IMG/VR virus record: IMGVR_UViG_3300017991_000034
Location: 1-39,918 of that record
DNA from: a virus
Reading direction: 5' to 3' (one strand)
Length of the DNA stretch: 39,918 bases
The position numbers and the translations under genes are program-made. The notes under the pieces were generated by a model, which was not told the DNA's origin, made no database searches, and worked only from the letters and a program-made list of their open reading frames with translations. Numbering within the stretch: position 1 is the first letter of the stretch; every line of letters starts with the position of its first letter. Below are positions 39,846-39,918 of this stretch, one piece after another.

Positions 39846-39918
39846 AATTATGCCTCCAGATCACCAAAAAAGCGCCATGTGTCTGTCAAAATTTTAATCA
39901 TGCAGCCACCAGAATAAA
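39796..39918. repeat. Terminal direct repeat, copy 2 (identical to 1..123)
   Basis: Exact match to the window start. Confidence 0.95.

Noticed and set aside
1-39918. tRNA genes, integrase or attP, reverse transcriptase (diversity-generating retroelement or retron) and known defence or anti-defence genes
   Set aside because: Scanning the intergenic regions by eye found no cloverleaf or T-loop (GTTCGAAT-like) candidates. No ORF shows integrase, reverse transcriptase or recognisable defence motifs. This is a negative result by eye only. tRNAscan-SE and profile searches would be needed for certainty.

Overview
This window is a complete AT-rich tailed-phage genome. The two window ends are an identical 123-bp direct repeat (1..123 = 39796..39918), so the unique length is 39,795 bp and no gene is cut by the window edge.

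Gene layout:
- Most genes are on the minus strand. In transcription order they are an early region (small HTH regulator, a 466-aa replication-initiator-like protein, RusA), then TerS, TerL, an accessory island, portal, scaffold, major capsid protein (MCP), tail and ejection proteins, and three very large Gly/Thr/Ala-rich fibre proteins plus a 14-repeat propeller protein.
- Three short plus-strand units interrupt this: an ERF recombinase operon (34065..35451), an RHH + HNH unit (7322..8443), and a unit of secreted and membrane proteins (25226..26926).

Main observations:
1. The load of self-splicing and homing elements is very high. The MCP gene is split into four exons by three group I introns, one of which carries a LAGLIDADG endonuclease. 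TerL carries two inteins inserted in catalytic motifs. There is also a free-standing HNH endonuclease.
2. The second TerL intein contains an HNH endonuclease gene read in a different frame from the intein. Both frames stay open over 744 nt.
3. Seven consecutive genes for secreted or membrane proteins lie between TerL and portal. They include a clostripain-like (C11) peptidase. I could not recognise a canonical endolysin or holin anywhere in the genome.
4. The early control region has a duplicated promoter module facing plus-strand intrinsic terminators. This predicts two cis-antisense small RNAs over the start sites of leftward genes.
5. Three tandem hairpin repeats lie in the MCP leader.

Limits: all product calls come from motif recognition by eye. 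No database search was possible. Splice junctions and promoter or transcription start positions are predictions.
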